DNA of 63,655 nt, filler included, from Asterionella formosa (Eukaryota): NCBI GenBank assembly GCA_002256025.1. It is 18 parts of 18 records of this genome, joined end to end, with 100 filler letters (N's around TTAATTAATTAA, not from the genome) between each part and the next. Parts side by side here need not be neighbours in the genome. Positions count along the whole stretch, not along the records: positions 10,656 to 14,107 come from NKIB01014142.1; positions 14,208 to 17,657 come from NKIB01014143.1; positions 17,758 to 21,207 come from NKIB01014144.1; positions 21,308 to 24,749 come from NKIB01014146.1; positions 24,850 to 28,292 come from NKIB01014147.1; 13 more parts are not named here. One strand, given 5' to 3'. The notes beneath the pieces are model-generated. The model did no database searches. It was not told the origin of the DNA and worked only from the letters and a program-made list of their open reading frames with translations. Shown here piece by piece: positions 11,619 to 25,525 of the stretch (positions within the stretch are counted from its first letter, which is position 1; the number at the start of each line of letters is the position of its first letter). The position numbers and the translations under genes are program-made.

Positions 11619-13008
11619 TTAGGCATGTACTGTGACGACAGGGGGCAGGGCCTTGTCGTGAACAACAGCTTTGTCCTTGAGAGCATGTGTGGTGCTATAA
11701 TGTGTGAGGAGAGCGGCCAAAGTGGCAGCAGCCAAAGACATGGAAACTTGTTGCGGTTGCTGCTGATCGGGGGATGGTCGTCCCTCCATGACTGGAGAAG
11801 GTGGGACTTGAACTGGCAGAGACCTACCCGACTGAAGGGGTCGAGTCTCTCGTGAAGCATTGGACAACGCCGACGCGGCGGTAACGTTTTTCTGCAACGA
11901 ATCAGTGGTCATGATAGACGCCACAAGTCGATCTACAATCATCTCTTGCATTTCTGACGGGAGGAGCTTGAGGGCGTCAGATAGCTTGCGCATAAGTTGG
12001 GGATTGGGATCATTCTCGTTGTCCAAAGCCATCGATGTGTGCTGTTGTGGCAGTGCGGCTATAGGTACATCATCGAGCATTCCATCCAAACTTTCATCCT
12101 CGAATGCAGTAAAGAGATGGTCTACAAAGTCCTCGTCGGTAATAGCAGAAGTCTCAGATGTCGATCGTCGACCAAGTTCCAATGGCAGCAGAGGAAAGGC
12201 AAGTTCTCGAGTGACGGAGAAGTCCTCAAGGTCCATGCTACTAACCAAGCTATCTGGACGTATTTCATCGACCTTCTTTCGCTTGGTTCCAAGTTCTGCC
12301 GTGTCAACACACGGCATTATATCATCTTGCTTTAATGTGACCTTTTGAACTAGTGACGTGAGCTCGTCGATATTCTTGCTCATCGCTTCGATTCGCTTCT
12401 TGAGAACAGTGACTTCCGTTTTGAGACCACTTGTATCTTCGACGTTCTGAATGATAGGCTTTGGCTTGATAATAGTAGGGTTTAGAGGATTTTGAGCTCC
12501 AACTGATCGCTTGATCTCAATGAGCCATTCCGGTTTTCCGCGACGGAACTTGTCGTGCCGGAACCTCCAAAAGTTCGCAGTCTCTGCTTCCAGCTTTGCA
12601 TCGATCTTGATTGTGTCCGCATATTTAATCTTGCGGAAACCGTAGAAATTGAGTTGACGAACGAAGGAGCTAAACTTGCTATGCTTGAAAAATTCAGGAA
12701 TGACTTTCTTCTCGAAGTGATCTGTGCTCTTGACGATAAACGATTCTCCATCATCTGACCAGCACGCCACACTAGAATCACATGAATCAATCATGTGATA
12801 TGTTTCTGGAGGAAAAAACAGAGCACTGTAAGCGAAACGCATCTCGAAGTACACCAAGTCCGACATGGCCAGGGGGTTGACCACGATGTAAACCGGTAAT
12901 CTAGCTGTATCTTTGACTCCTTCGAATAAAACATGACTTACTTCGTAAGAACAACGGCACCTCCTTTGAGTTTCCTTTTGTTGAGAAGTCCATCTTTTCA
13001 GTAGCCAT
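11619..13008 (-). CDS. HSF: Heat-shock transcription factor; exons 13008-12942 and 12805-11619
   Basis: Spliced VPLFLRKTYHMID...WSDDGESFIV...FFKHSKFSSFVRQLNFYGFRK...FRHDKFRRG (HSF DNA-binding domain), then a coiled coil. Intron 12941-12806 is GTAAGT...CCAG. Confidence 0.95.
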
Positions 13009-13997
13009 CGTATGTGAGGGTAATGAGGGTGTTCTGTGGGCCTCAAGCGCTCTGAGCTGCTTGGCGGGTCAATTGAAGTCGTCGCTGCAATCACAAAAAG
13101 GTCGTGACTTTGGTTTGGCCTTTTTCGAAGGTCGAGGAAAGACTGCTTGCCGAAAAGCAAGCAAGCATTGTTGGGACTTTAGGAGCAAGACTGCGGCCAG
13201 TGAATGAAATGACTTATTTGACTAAACGAAATTATGACGCTGACGACTCGCCAATGCAAATAGTTCTGTACAAATGTACCACCAGTGCGCAGTAAGTTCT
13301 GGCGCTGAAATTCTACGTAGCTACATTCGAGAACACGCTTGACGATGCATCTGTTGCATCATTGTGATGCATGGTACCTGGTACCAGGTACTCCTGGTAA
13401 TCGCAACTACATACCACAGTACTAACAGGTACCAGGTTACTACCGGTAGTGAATAATGCATGGACCGATGATGTTCATCCAACAGCCACTGCGAGAGTTG
13501 ATCATTTTCACACATGCATATGTACCAGTATGTAGGTTTGCCACGTGTTGAAAATTTTTGATTTGTTAACTACGACCGGTAGGTAAGTTGCTCTGGTTCC
13601 CCTCGTGGTAGAAACGTACCTACACCAAGCTAAGTTTATCCCACACCATACACCAATGCACATAACGTACACCAAACATACCGGTAGTTATGGCGATGAA
13701 TGTAGGTGTCGACCAGTACCGGTATATACATCGGTAGACATTACTTACGAGTACTGCATATTTCATGCGCACCTTTTCAGTTTTGATGCACTCCCAATGC
13801 CTGCCAGAGGCGATAGGCTGGCTCTTCATTAAAATAATATTCCTTAAGTAATTTAGGAAAATGTTTCTCTTGCTGACTGATGACAAATTTGCAGCGTGAG
13901 TCTCTGAACACAACTCGGATTTGCTGACTGATGAACAGGTTCAGCAAATCATCTTCTAGCTTCGGAATCCACATAGTGGGAATCCTACCATTCTAAA

Positions 13998-14073
13998 TTT
14001 AGAACTTGCTGACATTTACTAAATTGCTGACTATGACAACTAGAACTTGCTGACTATGACTACTAGAACTTGC
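13998..14073. repeat. Short tandem repeat TAGAACTTGCTGAC(TATGAC), about 3 copies
   Basis: Read directly from the sequence. Confidence 0.75.
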
Positions 14074-14399
14074 AAATGAGAATAGATCTTCTTCTGAATG
14101 ACCCTTANNNNNNNNNNNNNNNNNNNNNNNNNNNNNNNNNNNNNNNNNNNNTTAATTAATTAANNNNNNNNNNNNNNNNNNNNNNNNNNNNNNNNNNNNN
14201 NNNNNNNCCGGAGCATCGATCAGTGATACAACCTCAATCATAGCTAAACATTATCCATTATAGAACAGCACAATTTACTTCTATGTTACATTGTCTCTCT
14301 AACGAGAAAATAATACATTTAGAATTGAAACGCAGCATGGCAGGCGATATGCACAAAGAAGCAAGAGACTGTCTATGTATAGTAACAGAGTGATTCTGG

Positions 14400-15400
14400 T
14401 TTCGTAATTTTGATGTCTCATTAGATTTCCTTTGTCATTGTACTAGTTTGTTACCATTGACGACAGGAGCGTATTCTTTGACGTATCTGGAATGGTTTAA
14501 TGGATGGCAGCAGTTGGATTTAGACATAACCCTCGACAAAAGCACTACTTTGTAGATGTTCATGAAAAGCCAGACACTTTGGCATATCGCCTGCCAACCA
14601 GTCTATACTGCAAAAATGCAAGAAGCACAAGTTGAATGCCCGTTTATGGATTCTAATTACGGTTTTCATTAGCTAAACTAGCTAGTATTGAGTGGTGAGA
14701 GGAAGCAGTGGTAGAATGCCAAATGGGCGAGGGCAAACGCAGAGAATCCTACTAATTTTTCTCCCCAATGATCCCAGTCCCTTCTTGGATGTCACTTGCT
14801 ACAGAAAATGGAGAACAGCCGCCATGATCTGTTGATTGCTGATGTATGGTGCCACTGACCAAAACCTCCAGAAATCTCAGTGAGTTGCTTGTTTCTTGAC
14901 TTGAATGCCAAAGGGGTCGAAACCAGTGGAAAAATCAAAAGGGAACCAAAAATTCTCTGCAAAAATCAGGACAACTGTGAAAGAGAAATGAAGGTTTTTG
15001 GGAGGAGAAGTAAAGGGATAATTGCTGCTGGTCTTGCGGGAACAATAATGGATTGACCCAGCAAACAATGTTCTTGACAAATTGGTACCTACCGGAAAAA
15101 GCAGCAATGCTTTCGGCATCATCAATCTATACACAAGCCTGCGCCACCTGACGTCAATATAGCTACCTCGAATTCATCAATGAAGAATTCGATGGGCGGA
15201 GTACTATGTGTGGAAAATCGGGGTTGAGGTTTTCTTGACGCCAACGTGGGCGGCCTGCTTGGCTGAACTTGCAGATGAAGGCATTGAGTAACCTGGGCCT
15301 GTGCAGCCAAAGGATAAAGAAAAATCTATGACAAGGGTGCGTTGTGAGATAGTGTTTAGGAGGGGGGAGCAAAAGTTATAATAGCTGAACGCATTCGAAA
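14400..15400 (+). pseudogene. Degenerate Tc1/IS630-like DDE transposase
   Basis: Fragments HYFVDVHEKPDTLAYR (YVDGHE-like), LLVLREQ*WIDP and FLTP...AELADEGIE* (TPKxHxELAGEGIEY-like), with many stops and frameshifts. Confidence 0.65.
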
Positions 15401-17539
15401 ATTCGTAAAGAATATATGTGGTGGCATACCATGGCTGCTCTTGGCTGAAAGTTGCCAAGTCAGTGTACAAACACAACAAGGGTGCACAAAAGATGGTCCC
15501 ATTTTAATCGACTGGCTGATACATAGTAGTTTTGAGACTCACTATTCTGCAATGGGGTGGAATTTGATCATTGGTTCGTTCGAAGCACAATCAATTCGAA
15601 TGCTGTCCAGTGAAACAGCCAATGAAAACAATTGTGGCGAAAAAGCGCAGAACAGATCAAGAGCGAGATTTCATAGGAATTAAAATAACAACAGCAGGGC
15701 ATATATGATGCACTGCTCCTTGTGTAAACTAGCTACATTTGATCATTTCCATATTTCATACTATACAGGTGCATGGATGACTCCTCCCGCCCTTTCATTA
15801 GATATGCAGCCATGTTGCGATAATTCTACAAGACTTATAGGATTGGTAGTATGGTGGTCATCATTTCCGCATTGTTTTCCCAGTACTAGGAGTCATGTAT
15901 GCATGCATGGAGCGATAATTCTTACAAGACATAAAAATTTGGAAGCTTGCTTGGGGGTTATCACTTCCGTACTGTATACAGGGGGGAAGGGGTTGCATGC
16001 ATGAGCAGCTACTCCGGTATAAACTATGATCTTTAATCGATTATTCTTGATTCGTTTATCCTATACCTTTGATCATAACATATTGATCATATGATAAATG
16101 GTGTCGTTGATGAGAAATTGAAAGATCCAAACTTTTTTTTAGGAATCAGGATTAATTGATCTTAGAAATATGATCAAATGATCCTAAACACATGAGCATA
16201 TTCAGTTTTCCGCTTAACTATTGTGGTACTCCATGATAGAAGTAATACCCAGCAAGTATACAGTACTACCGGTAGGCCATATGAATTTTTCGTTGGTGAT
16301 GACTCCCATTAATTAAGGGGCTGACAATAGCTCCTTTTCGATTTGTTGGCCAACCATCAATTTGGACAATAGAAATCGGTAAGTGCTATTATCTTTGGAT
16401 CAATCCACAACTGTTAAAAAAACTGAGCGGCACATGTGTGTTGCTTCTTTCAGGATAATGTAAACAAACAGTATTTGTAAGTTATAAACAGCAGCAGTGG
16501 AGCCCATTTATTGATCGATACTTTCTTATTCAATCTTCAACTGACACGCACATTATTTTACAAAAATATGCATCAGTTAATTCCTCAATTTGCCCGTCTT
16601 CCGCTTGTGAAATTTCTGTCGTATCTTGATCAAGTCCCCACGAAGAACGCTCCTCAAATGAGTCATCATTTTCGGTACTGATGTCGTTAGCTATGCGTGC
16701 TGTGAATGTTAACAGTGTCAACAAAGGTACTGTTCGCCTCAAATCCAGAGGAGGCCGTTACAGAGTATGGCCCGTTGGCGTGTGAACATTCAAAGTGAAG
16801 ATAGAAGCGAAATGCATGTTGTTGTGTAAGCAAAACATGAACAGCTAACAATAAATTGCTTATCTTTGTTAGTATGATTGGGACAACGAAACCGATTATA
16901 CAGTAATGGGAAAATGCGTGAATGCAAACTCAGATCCATCAGGAGTAAAAGAAAAGCAGGGGAGCGAACAAGGGCAACAAGGCAACCAGCAGTACTACGA
17001 CAGCCTTCAGAATTGGATTGGGGGGAAGGTGGAAGTAAAAGCGGCACCAACAAGCATTGCGATGAGAGCATTGTAGAACATTCTGCAGCCACTCAAGATA
17101 TAGAAACCAACATAAAACCATTCTTAAATATAGTTCTAAATTTCGATCCATTTCATCCTATTTTAGACAGTGATATCGATGTGAATTACGATCATGCTAA
17201 GATAGATGTATGACAAAAGTATACACATAATAGGACCATGTTTAACTAACTATATGATGCAATGGTATTATAACTATGATACTAGTATCATCATACTTCA
17301 AGCTCGGTAAAAATTAGACTGCATGATCATAATTATATGATAGTACAGTGATCATATTTTTGATCCAAAAACTATCATATATGTAAAAATCCTGTGCCAC
17401 TCAGCATACAATACCCTTGATCCTATATTCATGATAGTTTTTATTTGGAGACGGAAGCAGGCAAAGGCCCTGACTATGTTCTTAATTCGCAAAATAACAG
17501 TGATGACGTTGACAAATCATTGCCTCTTCATTCTCCTGT

Positions 17540-17657
17540 TGCAAAGAAGGCAAAAAAAGAAAAAGGCTACAGTAGTAAAATCGACTCCTCCAAGCAGTGT
17601 CACTTGCTGTGCTAACACATATTTTCGTGTCATCAATGTGTACATGTGTGAGCAACA
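17540..17657 (+). pseudogene. Fragment homologous to the 3555-4839 ORF
   Basis: KKKATVVKSTPPSSVTCCANTYFRVINVYMC versus KKNKAQAKSTPPDAVTCINKYFHVIIVYMC. Confidence 0.75.
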
Positions 17658-18852
17658 NNNNNNNNNNNNNNNNNNNNNNNNNNNNNNNNNNNNNNNNNNN
17701 NTTAATTAATTAANNNNNNNNNNNNNNNNNNNNNNNNNNNNNNNNNNNNNNNNNNNNAAAGTCACTGGTGAGTGCAGCCCACATGATGAATGGAGGGGAT
17801 GTGGGATGGACTCTATATAAAATGTAGGGAAATGAATGTTACTGCCGGTAGTTGATTGGACACCGTGAATGATTTTGTGGCAATGGCGATGGTGCGACGA
17901 TAACAAAAACCCGTTATATTTTTTCTAAAGAACACAGAAAAGTTAGAAAAACTTCACATACAAAAAATAAATAAATATCCAGATATAACCAGTATACATT
18001 GTATGCGTGTATGTAGGGATATACCGGGGGACCAAGACTTTCAACTTGCACGACGAACTGCTTCAGCTTCACGAATCAATCAAAATTCTTCAAAACGACA
18101 CACAAGAAAGCCGCCTTCCCTGTCATTGTTGCATGTTGTCTCCTTTCAAAGAGATGCACTCACCAAGCACGTAAATGATGAAATAATGTAGAATCGAAAT
18201 ACAAAGAAACGTAATGTACCGGTAGTATTGAACGAGAAGCAATGATTCTTGCGAAGATTGAACAATTGTGTATATGCACTGCACTACATTCCTATTATGT
18301 TTTTATAGTAAGAATAAAATTTTATCATTGACTGTCTACATAGATACAAGGGAACCAGGTAACAGGGGTACTAGCAGATGCTGTATTTCGTAGTATAGTC
18401 GTCTAGTCCATGTAGACCCGGTATGTTTACTGGTTCAGAATGAAAATATACCGGTATATCATTTTGAAAGAACAATTCCGTTTCAGTGTGTCTATTTCTA
18501 CGTTGACTAATACTACAGGATGAATCAGATTGACGAAGTAATTCGACACAATTACCGTCTCGTCCGTTTCGGCTTTCTCCATATGTAGTCTCTGTAGTAG
18601 CTTCTTCGTATTTCGCTGGAATATATTAAATCGATCCATAGAATAATAGAAGAGCGACCTAGAAATACTAAGTAGAAGTAGCATAAATGGTTTTTGAATT
18701 GTTCGGTGCTAAAAAGCTTGTCCCGTTCCCAGATCCGGGTTCAAGTCCGGTTCCAATCTCCGGATTCTGTGGCAGTCGAGTTGCGCTTTGCTGCAGGAGG
18801 GACGAAGGGTGGGTGATTTAGAATAAATTGCGAAAGGTTTGATCATGCATAC

Positions 18853-18954
18853 CTGCCGACTCTTGGTTGTTCGATTCACCAACTTAGCTGCCGACTCTTG
18901 GTTGTTCGATTCACCAACTTAGCTGCCGACTCTTGGTTGTTCGATTCACCAACT
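18853..18954. repeat. Perfect 35-bp tandem repeat, about 2.9 copies (CTGCCGACTCTTGGTTGTTCGATTCACCAACTTAG)
   Basis: Head-to-tail copies with no spacers. Confidence 0.95.
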
Positions 18955-20982
18955 CTAAAGTGTTCTCCTGTTCTAACTGCATCACGTCTGTCCTTGTCCG
19001 TAATATAAATTGTCGGAGGATGTGCGTAATAAAGGACCATCTACCACTGGTACATACTACGTCGTACCAGGTACCCACCATTACACACAAAACGAAAGTA
19101 CTGGTAGGTACTTGTATTCGCTTTTTTTGGAATGTTTTCAACCGGTGTTTTGCGAGATTGGCAGGTGGCCAGCAAGGAACAAATATCTTTGTTGTGGTTG
19201 CCAGGAGCATGTCTGTCCTAGAACTGGAATTGAATTAAGGTCTTTGTGGGATCTTCCACTTCTGGATGTTCATGGGGGACATTCAACAAGCTGCCAATCA
19301 AATGATAATGGGCAGAGCCTCACAAAATCTCCGGAATGGAGAGTAATGCATTGATGACAGCTCATCTGCCTCTAATTGACTTGCAACTGTAGCAGTTGGA
19401 ACTCTTTCCATGTTAACTGTAATAGTCAAAATATGGTAGAGGTGATGGATTGGTTGCCGTTACTATATAAACAATGATGATGATTCTATTTGAGCTATGT
19501 AAGGGCAGTCTCGACTTGTCTACTATAAATAAAACCAAATATTATTTTACTATAGAAAACGATGGACAAGCTAAATTAATTTCCATCCATTAAGCACAAG
19601 GCTTCTCCTACAAATCATTCTGTGAAGCCAACTCTGGTGGGTATCGCTCGAATTCAAGGTACTATTCCTTCTTTTGGCATGGAAATATCACCCAATACAA
19701 GGTTTTCCCTGTATTGGGCTTTTAAAATTTCCCAATACAACGTCGTAAGTTTCAATACACCAAGTTGACGATATTTTGCAATTCAAGGTCGCCTCTGTTT
19801 TGGGTATTGTCAGCAGTACGACATGCATCATGTACCAATACAAGCAAGGTCATAATTTCCAATACAAAGTGACGATATTTTGCGATTCAAGGTCGACCCT
19901 GCATTGGTATATAGTCCTGGTGGTAATACGAGATCATAGGCAGTAATGAACATTGATTATATAATCCCGTCACTTTTTGAAGTATATGATCATCCGCCCA
20001 GTAATGTGTACTTTCAAAATTTTCAAAACATTTTGTCAATGTGTCTGGCTGGAATATCGTGCTACTCAAATTTTTCTGCACTGAGAGGCAGTGTACAGCA
20101 TACATATATATACTGGGACATCACGGAGCCAACGCTACCATTTATTGACATCACAAGAATAATGCCTCCAAGTAGTTTCATATCCTTTACAATGATGTGT
20201 GTCAACCATTTTCTCACTGAATTACTCGTCATCTCCAGCTAAATAGGGAAAGAGTACAAGCATTGTTGATAAGGCGCCATGGTTGAGGAATTGAAATTCG
20301 CTCATGACATGCATACCATGTTGCTCCTTCCACCTTGAATTGTCTATGCGTTATTTCTCACCTGTCATCGTGATTCTGTTCACTTCAGGAGTGCTTCAGA
20401 AACATCATCTATCTTGCACAGATACAATCCTAACAACAAAGCTATCCAATACAACAAGGTCATCTTTGTTGTTTTCGTTAACTAGTTTTTCTCCTTGTAA
20501 CCACAGATTCCAAAACAAGGTATTTTTGTTACCTGTTCAGTGATGGAATTAAAACATAACAATAGTCTAGTATCAGTAAGCTAATAAACCTCATATCAGA
20601 TGTATGATATTTATGAAACAGAATACTAAAAAGGGGTCAACAGGAAAACCTAAATGTCATCATCATGAAACCAACAACTGCTGATCAGTATGTATGATAT
20701 ACTCTGTGGGGATGGTGAGGATGCAGTGAACATGGTTGGTCATGCGGCATGCCGCGGGCTTTAAAAATAATGGGCGCGCAATCCATGGTATAGTACAGGG
20801 GTACCGGTAGCAGGTATCGGTAGTAGTCCCTGCAAACAACCCACAAAGCTAGGTATGATTCCGTCCTCAGTGCACCTGGCACTAGGTACCTACCAGGTAC
20901 CATTCAACCGGGTGGACACCGCCGCGAGCAGGGGGGCAAAAAAGACTTCAGGTACCAGGTTAACAACCATCAGCCAGACCCA

Positions 20983-21207
20983 ATGCACCAAAAGACAATG
21001 ACGAAGGCATCGTCTCTACTGTTGCTGTTGTCATGTACTACCGCAATACTCTTGTGCCAAGGTCTAGTACAAAAGTTGTGTCCATCAGCAGGTAACAGAA
21101 GAACTTTCAGAGCGGGTTCAGGTGCTAGTAGAATCGAGAATTCCATCAACCTCATCTCGTGCTGGACGAAGGAGATTTCTATGGATGACGACGTTGAAGA
21201 TGTCTTG
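20983..21207 (+). CDS. 5' end of a gene with a signal-peptide-like N-terminus, truncated by the contig end
   Basis: MTKASSLLLLLSCTTAILLCQG hydrophobic leader; open to the linker. Confidence 0.4.
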
Positions 21208-21720
21208 NNNNNNNNNNNNNNNNNNNNNNNNNNNNNNNNNNNNNNNNNNNNTTAATTAATTAANNNNNNNNNNNNNNNNNNNNNNNNNNNNNNNNNNNNN
21301 NNNNNNNAGAATAATATAAATGATAATGGTAACAATATAGTTTCGCATACTAAATTGGTTATTATGAGGTTTTCACAAACTACAATTTCCTAAGAAATGA
21401 TTATCCAATGGTCCATTATTTGTTCTTTTTCACTCCCAAAGAACCTAAGATGGCCCTTCTCGTTTTGTCCGAAATTTTGCTTCTCCACTTTTCAACTGCA
21501 GTTCGATATGAGTCTGTAAACTTTTTCAATTTGATTCCAGAAGGGCTATCATCATTTACAAAATGTTTTTCAACTTATTGTCAATTTTGATGCATCCAGA
21601 AATTTTGCCAATAGGTGCATGATTATACCATTTGAAGGGAGCAAATTTGTCATTACTTTGTTGTATCATGGATTTTACGTAGACAACCTCATCCTTCTTG
21701 AAAGAAGAGTTGCAAGGAAC

Positions 21721-23538
21721 TCATCCAAATACTTCGTTCAACATTTTTAAACCTAAATAGGATGTCAAGATTTTGTCGATACAAAATTGAAGAACAGTTA
21801 TTTCCAACTGAAACATATCCTCACGAGAATTTGTCGTTGTCACTTGAGGCCAAACTGTTCCAAGATGAAAGTATGTTGACTTGGTTGGTGGGTCAGATGT
21901 AATGGATAAGAAATCGTCTGTTCGATCTGTTGCTACCACCTGACGTTTTAAAACTTTCCAGGACTCAGTCTCCAAACGGAAATGTGCACGTTTGCTAAGA
22001 AATTTGGTTTTTCCGTTCTTTTCTAATTGCAATAGAGTTTCCAACACTTTCACAATTGTAAAAGGTCCACATGACCATCCACTGTCATCTTCTGGTTGAA
22101 ATAGCATGGAATCATGTTCAGTGGCCATACTGATCTGCAATGGTGCTTTGGTGCGAGTATAGAAAGATTCCGAGAACCCAATTTCTTCAGGTAAATGGAA
22201 TTCTTGTGGAAGATATCCTGTATCGGTGCATAACAATTCCAATTCTTTTCTGCATCCGGGGATGATGCAGTACTTATGGGCAAGGTGAAATACTTGATCA
22301 TAATGTTCATCCAAACTTGCATCTTTTCCTGGATCACGGACTTGACCTAATCCATCATTTATAGCAAGAAGATAATGCACAAAATGATTGTTTTCCTCCT
22401 CATCTGATCTTTGGTAATACACAATTAGCACATAGTTACTTTCGTGATAAAGTGGATGACAATCACCTTGGTATATATATGGATTGTTATTACCCTTTTC
22501 TGGGTTCTCATCAAGATCAAATATAACCTTTACATCACTTGGATGAAGTTCATGAATTATATAGTAATGGATCATAGAGGTAATTGTTTCAAGGTCCCAA
22601 TATACAAGATCTTTAAAATCTGAAGATGATTTTTTGATACCTTTGACTCCATAAAATACAGAGGCGTAATTGCATATATCTTGCGGGGTACGAGTGTACA
22701 AATCTTTCCACAATTTTAGTTTTCCATGCGATTGCGGAAAACTCAAGGAAAATGCCGTTTGCTTGGGCATAATAACTCTACACATTTCACATGCCGACTC
22801 TTCACAAAAGTAGCTGCCTCCGGGATTGTTTTCAATGATTTTACAAAGAAATTCTTTTTCTTCCATGTATGATTTGGAAAAAGATTCAATTTTGTGTTTC
22901 TGACTTCGTTCCCTATTCAGAGCATCAACTGCCTTAGCCAGCATCACATCTCTGTCTGCATTGATCTTCTTGAATTCGAGGTCTTGATCTAGCTCAGACT
23001 TTTTCTTGAATATCTTTTCTTTTAGAAAGCAATGCAAGAGTTTCTCTGCTTTTATGATGTTCATGTTGATGTTCTGGACGGATAGTGAGATATGTTTCTT
23101 GGTTTTGCAACTTTTCAACCATTTCTACTTCTGAAGTGTTGTCTGCCACATTTCCGCCGATACTTTCATTCATCGCATGAATTTGTTCATCAAATGAATG
23201 AGAATCACTGAGTTCTTCTTCATTATCAGCGATTTCGGGAGAATGAGGAGTAAAATACGACACTGGATGGTGGAACTGTGACTCTGTACGAATAGAGTCT
23301 TCATCCACGAAGACCAACTGTTTGGGTGTCCTTGCTCTTCGAAAGCAATCTTTCCTTCTTTTCAATCTCAGCCACTATTGTATCGGCATACTTCATTATT
23401 TTTTCTGGAGTATTATGAATCTGTTCAAATTCATTTGATCTTTGAGTGTATTCAAAGGAATCTTCGATTGATTTCATAACTTTCTTCATCTTCTTTTCCG
23501 AAAACATAAAGTCGTGTAGTGTAAACAATGGAAGTAAG
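21721..23538 (-). pseudogene. Frameshifted long ORF with an Ulp1/C48-like cysteine protease domain, probably transposon-borne
   Basis: His/Asp/Gln-Cys order NNHFVHYL...VRDPG...QPEDDSGWSCGPF. Three overlapping ORFs (23528-23301, 23365-22994, 23118-21721). The 5' part is cut by an LTR. Confidence 0.55.
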
Positions 23539-23964
23539 TGTTGGAAAAATTCGAGCTGACTGCCACAGGACAGGAGTGAAGGGTATAGTAGACACGAGAG
23601 AGTACAGTACTACAGTTAAAACCGTACAGCCGCTACCAAGAGTTACATGGGCTGACGTGGTAAAAGGCACAACGCAAGGAAAAGCAATCAGAGGTCAGGA
23701 AAAAATGCTAAAATGCAATGTGAGTAATAAGAGTGTTTCGAGACCATTATCTCGAAACAATCCAGTTAGTAAAGTGAAAGTTTAAGTTTGACAACTTCCT
23801 TGTTGCTATCAATTTCATCAACTGTATTCGATTAACATAGTACTAGGTTCAAGGCCTACAATACGGTCGAATACGGTAGTTGTTACAACATTGTTTCGAG
23901 ATAAAATAAAAATAAAATAAAACAAAAGGAACAGCCATTCACATGGAAGGCTGGAGTTTCAACA
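23539..23964 (+). mobile_element. 5' LTR (426 bp) of a CoDi-like Copia element
   Basis: TGTTGGAA...TTTCAACA inverted termini, an internal AATAAA run, and a position directly upstream of gag. Confidence 0.75.
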
Positions 23965-24048
23965 TTTCAATCGAGGTTTTGAACACTTTATAGATTCGAG
24001 TAGGGCAGCTGAAGGCCGCAGCCACCAATCAAGGAACCAACGAACCCC

Positions 24049-24749
24049 ATGAGCGCCACCCCAGACGCAACGACAAGCGGCAGCTTAGCAAGTGGACGCG
24101 GCAGCACCGGTGGGAGAGGGCGAAGGGACAACCGTCCGCGCGGGAGCCATGGCGGCCGTGCAAGGACACAAGCAACAAGCAACAGCTTTGGCATTTTTAA
24201 GGGCAGCACAGAGGGCATGAACGGAAACGTATTTGAATGCTATGAAGAACAAAGTGACAGACGCCAGTACGCCAAAACGTTAGAAGTTCTAGACGGATAT
24301 GTGAGGAAAACACTGAAGTACTCTGAAGACCTTGCCCCTTTGTTTGCCGACACCATGGCGGTTCCCATGGTAGACATGCCAGATGACCTAGATGACGATG
24401 CAGGACTGACCATGAAAATGATTTTCGCAGAAGAAGTAAAAACGTATGTCAAGCGCAATCATACCCTGAAGAGCAACCTAGCAACAGTGTATGCGGTGAT
24501 TTGGGGCCAGTGTAGTGATGACATGAAGGCAAAGATCAAAACGCACGATGACTACAAGGACAAGACTGCCAACAACGATTGTTTTTGGCTTCTAAAACAG
24601 ATCAAGTCGATTACTCTACAGTTCGATCAGAGCAGGAATGGTTTCATTGCACTTTTGGACGCCCAGACCAGTTTCCTCAATTGTCGTCAGTTACAAGGAC
24701 AGTCCGCAGAAGACTACGTCGAGTGTTTGCGAGGATGGGCTGAGACCAT
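24049..24749 (+). CDS. Gag of a CoDi-type Copia retrotransposon, open as far as the contig end
   Basis: RG-rich N-terminus, FKGSTEGMNGNVFEC and IWGQCSDDMKAKIKTHDDY...WLLKQIK, typical of diatom Copia gag. Confidence 0.8.
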
Positions 24750-25085
24750 NNNNNNNNNNNNNNNNNNNNNNNNNNNNNNNNNNNNNNNNNNNNTTAATTA
24801 ATTAANNNNNNNNNNNNNNNNNNNNNNNNNNNNNNNNNNNNNNNNNNNNATATACATGTAAACAAGTAGTCCTAAGTATACTCTGCCATTATCCCGATTC
24901 CATTCCCGGGATAAAATCTAAGCATACGGTACATGAATATACGTGGACTGATAAATTTGTCATAAATACCCCAGTGAATTTGTAAAAACTGTGTGTAGTA
25001 TCAGAAACTCCGAATGCCTGGCACCCAGTTGGCTACTGGTAGTACGAACCCCAAAATGATAGGGTAATGGCATACCTGGTTCCAT

Positions 25086-25500
25086 GTACCAGGATACCAG
25101 CAAGTTGCGGTAATTTTGCTGAAGCTAAAGATTTAGCTATCTTTATCCCAGATTAAAATGTTAGTTTAAGCAAAATGACCGCACCTTGCAGGTACTAGCG
25201 GTAGCTAACCTGGCTCGTACCACCTCGTGATACCTGAGTACAAGGTACCAGGGTACCTCTAAACTGGTTCCTGGTACGGAGCAGTAGCTGGTACCTGTTA
25301 CCAGGGTACCTTGTACCCAACGACTGGTTGTGGTACAAGATACAAGTACATACTAAGTATTGTTCTATCCATCAGAGCTAATGATACATGCATAGAAGAC
25401 TACCGGTACCTAAATACTTTAATGAACAAGATGGAGTACCAGGGTACCAGCGAGTTGCGGTACCGGTAATTCTGCTGAAACTAAATAATTCGCTATCTTT
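25086..25500 (+). repeat. About 60-bp imperfect direct repeat (25086-25144 and 25436-25500) in a GTACC-rich tract
   Basis: gtaccag..taccagc(a/g)agttgcggTA[CCGGTA]att(t/c)tgctgaa..ctaaa..gctatcttt. The second copy has an extra CCGGTA. Confidence 0.85.
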
Positions 25501-25525
25501 AATCTATATTTAATTGTTTTTTTCA

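Noticed and set aside
12806..13160. Long N-terminal extension of the HSF in the ORF track
   Set aside because: It reads through an intron and the 5' UTR; splicing from ATG 13008 restores the canonical FLRKTY start of the domain.
18853..18954. 35-bp partly palindromic repeats resembling CRISPR direct repeats
   Set aside because: Head-to-tail with no spacers, no cas genes, eukaryotic context.
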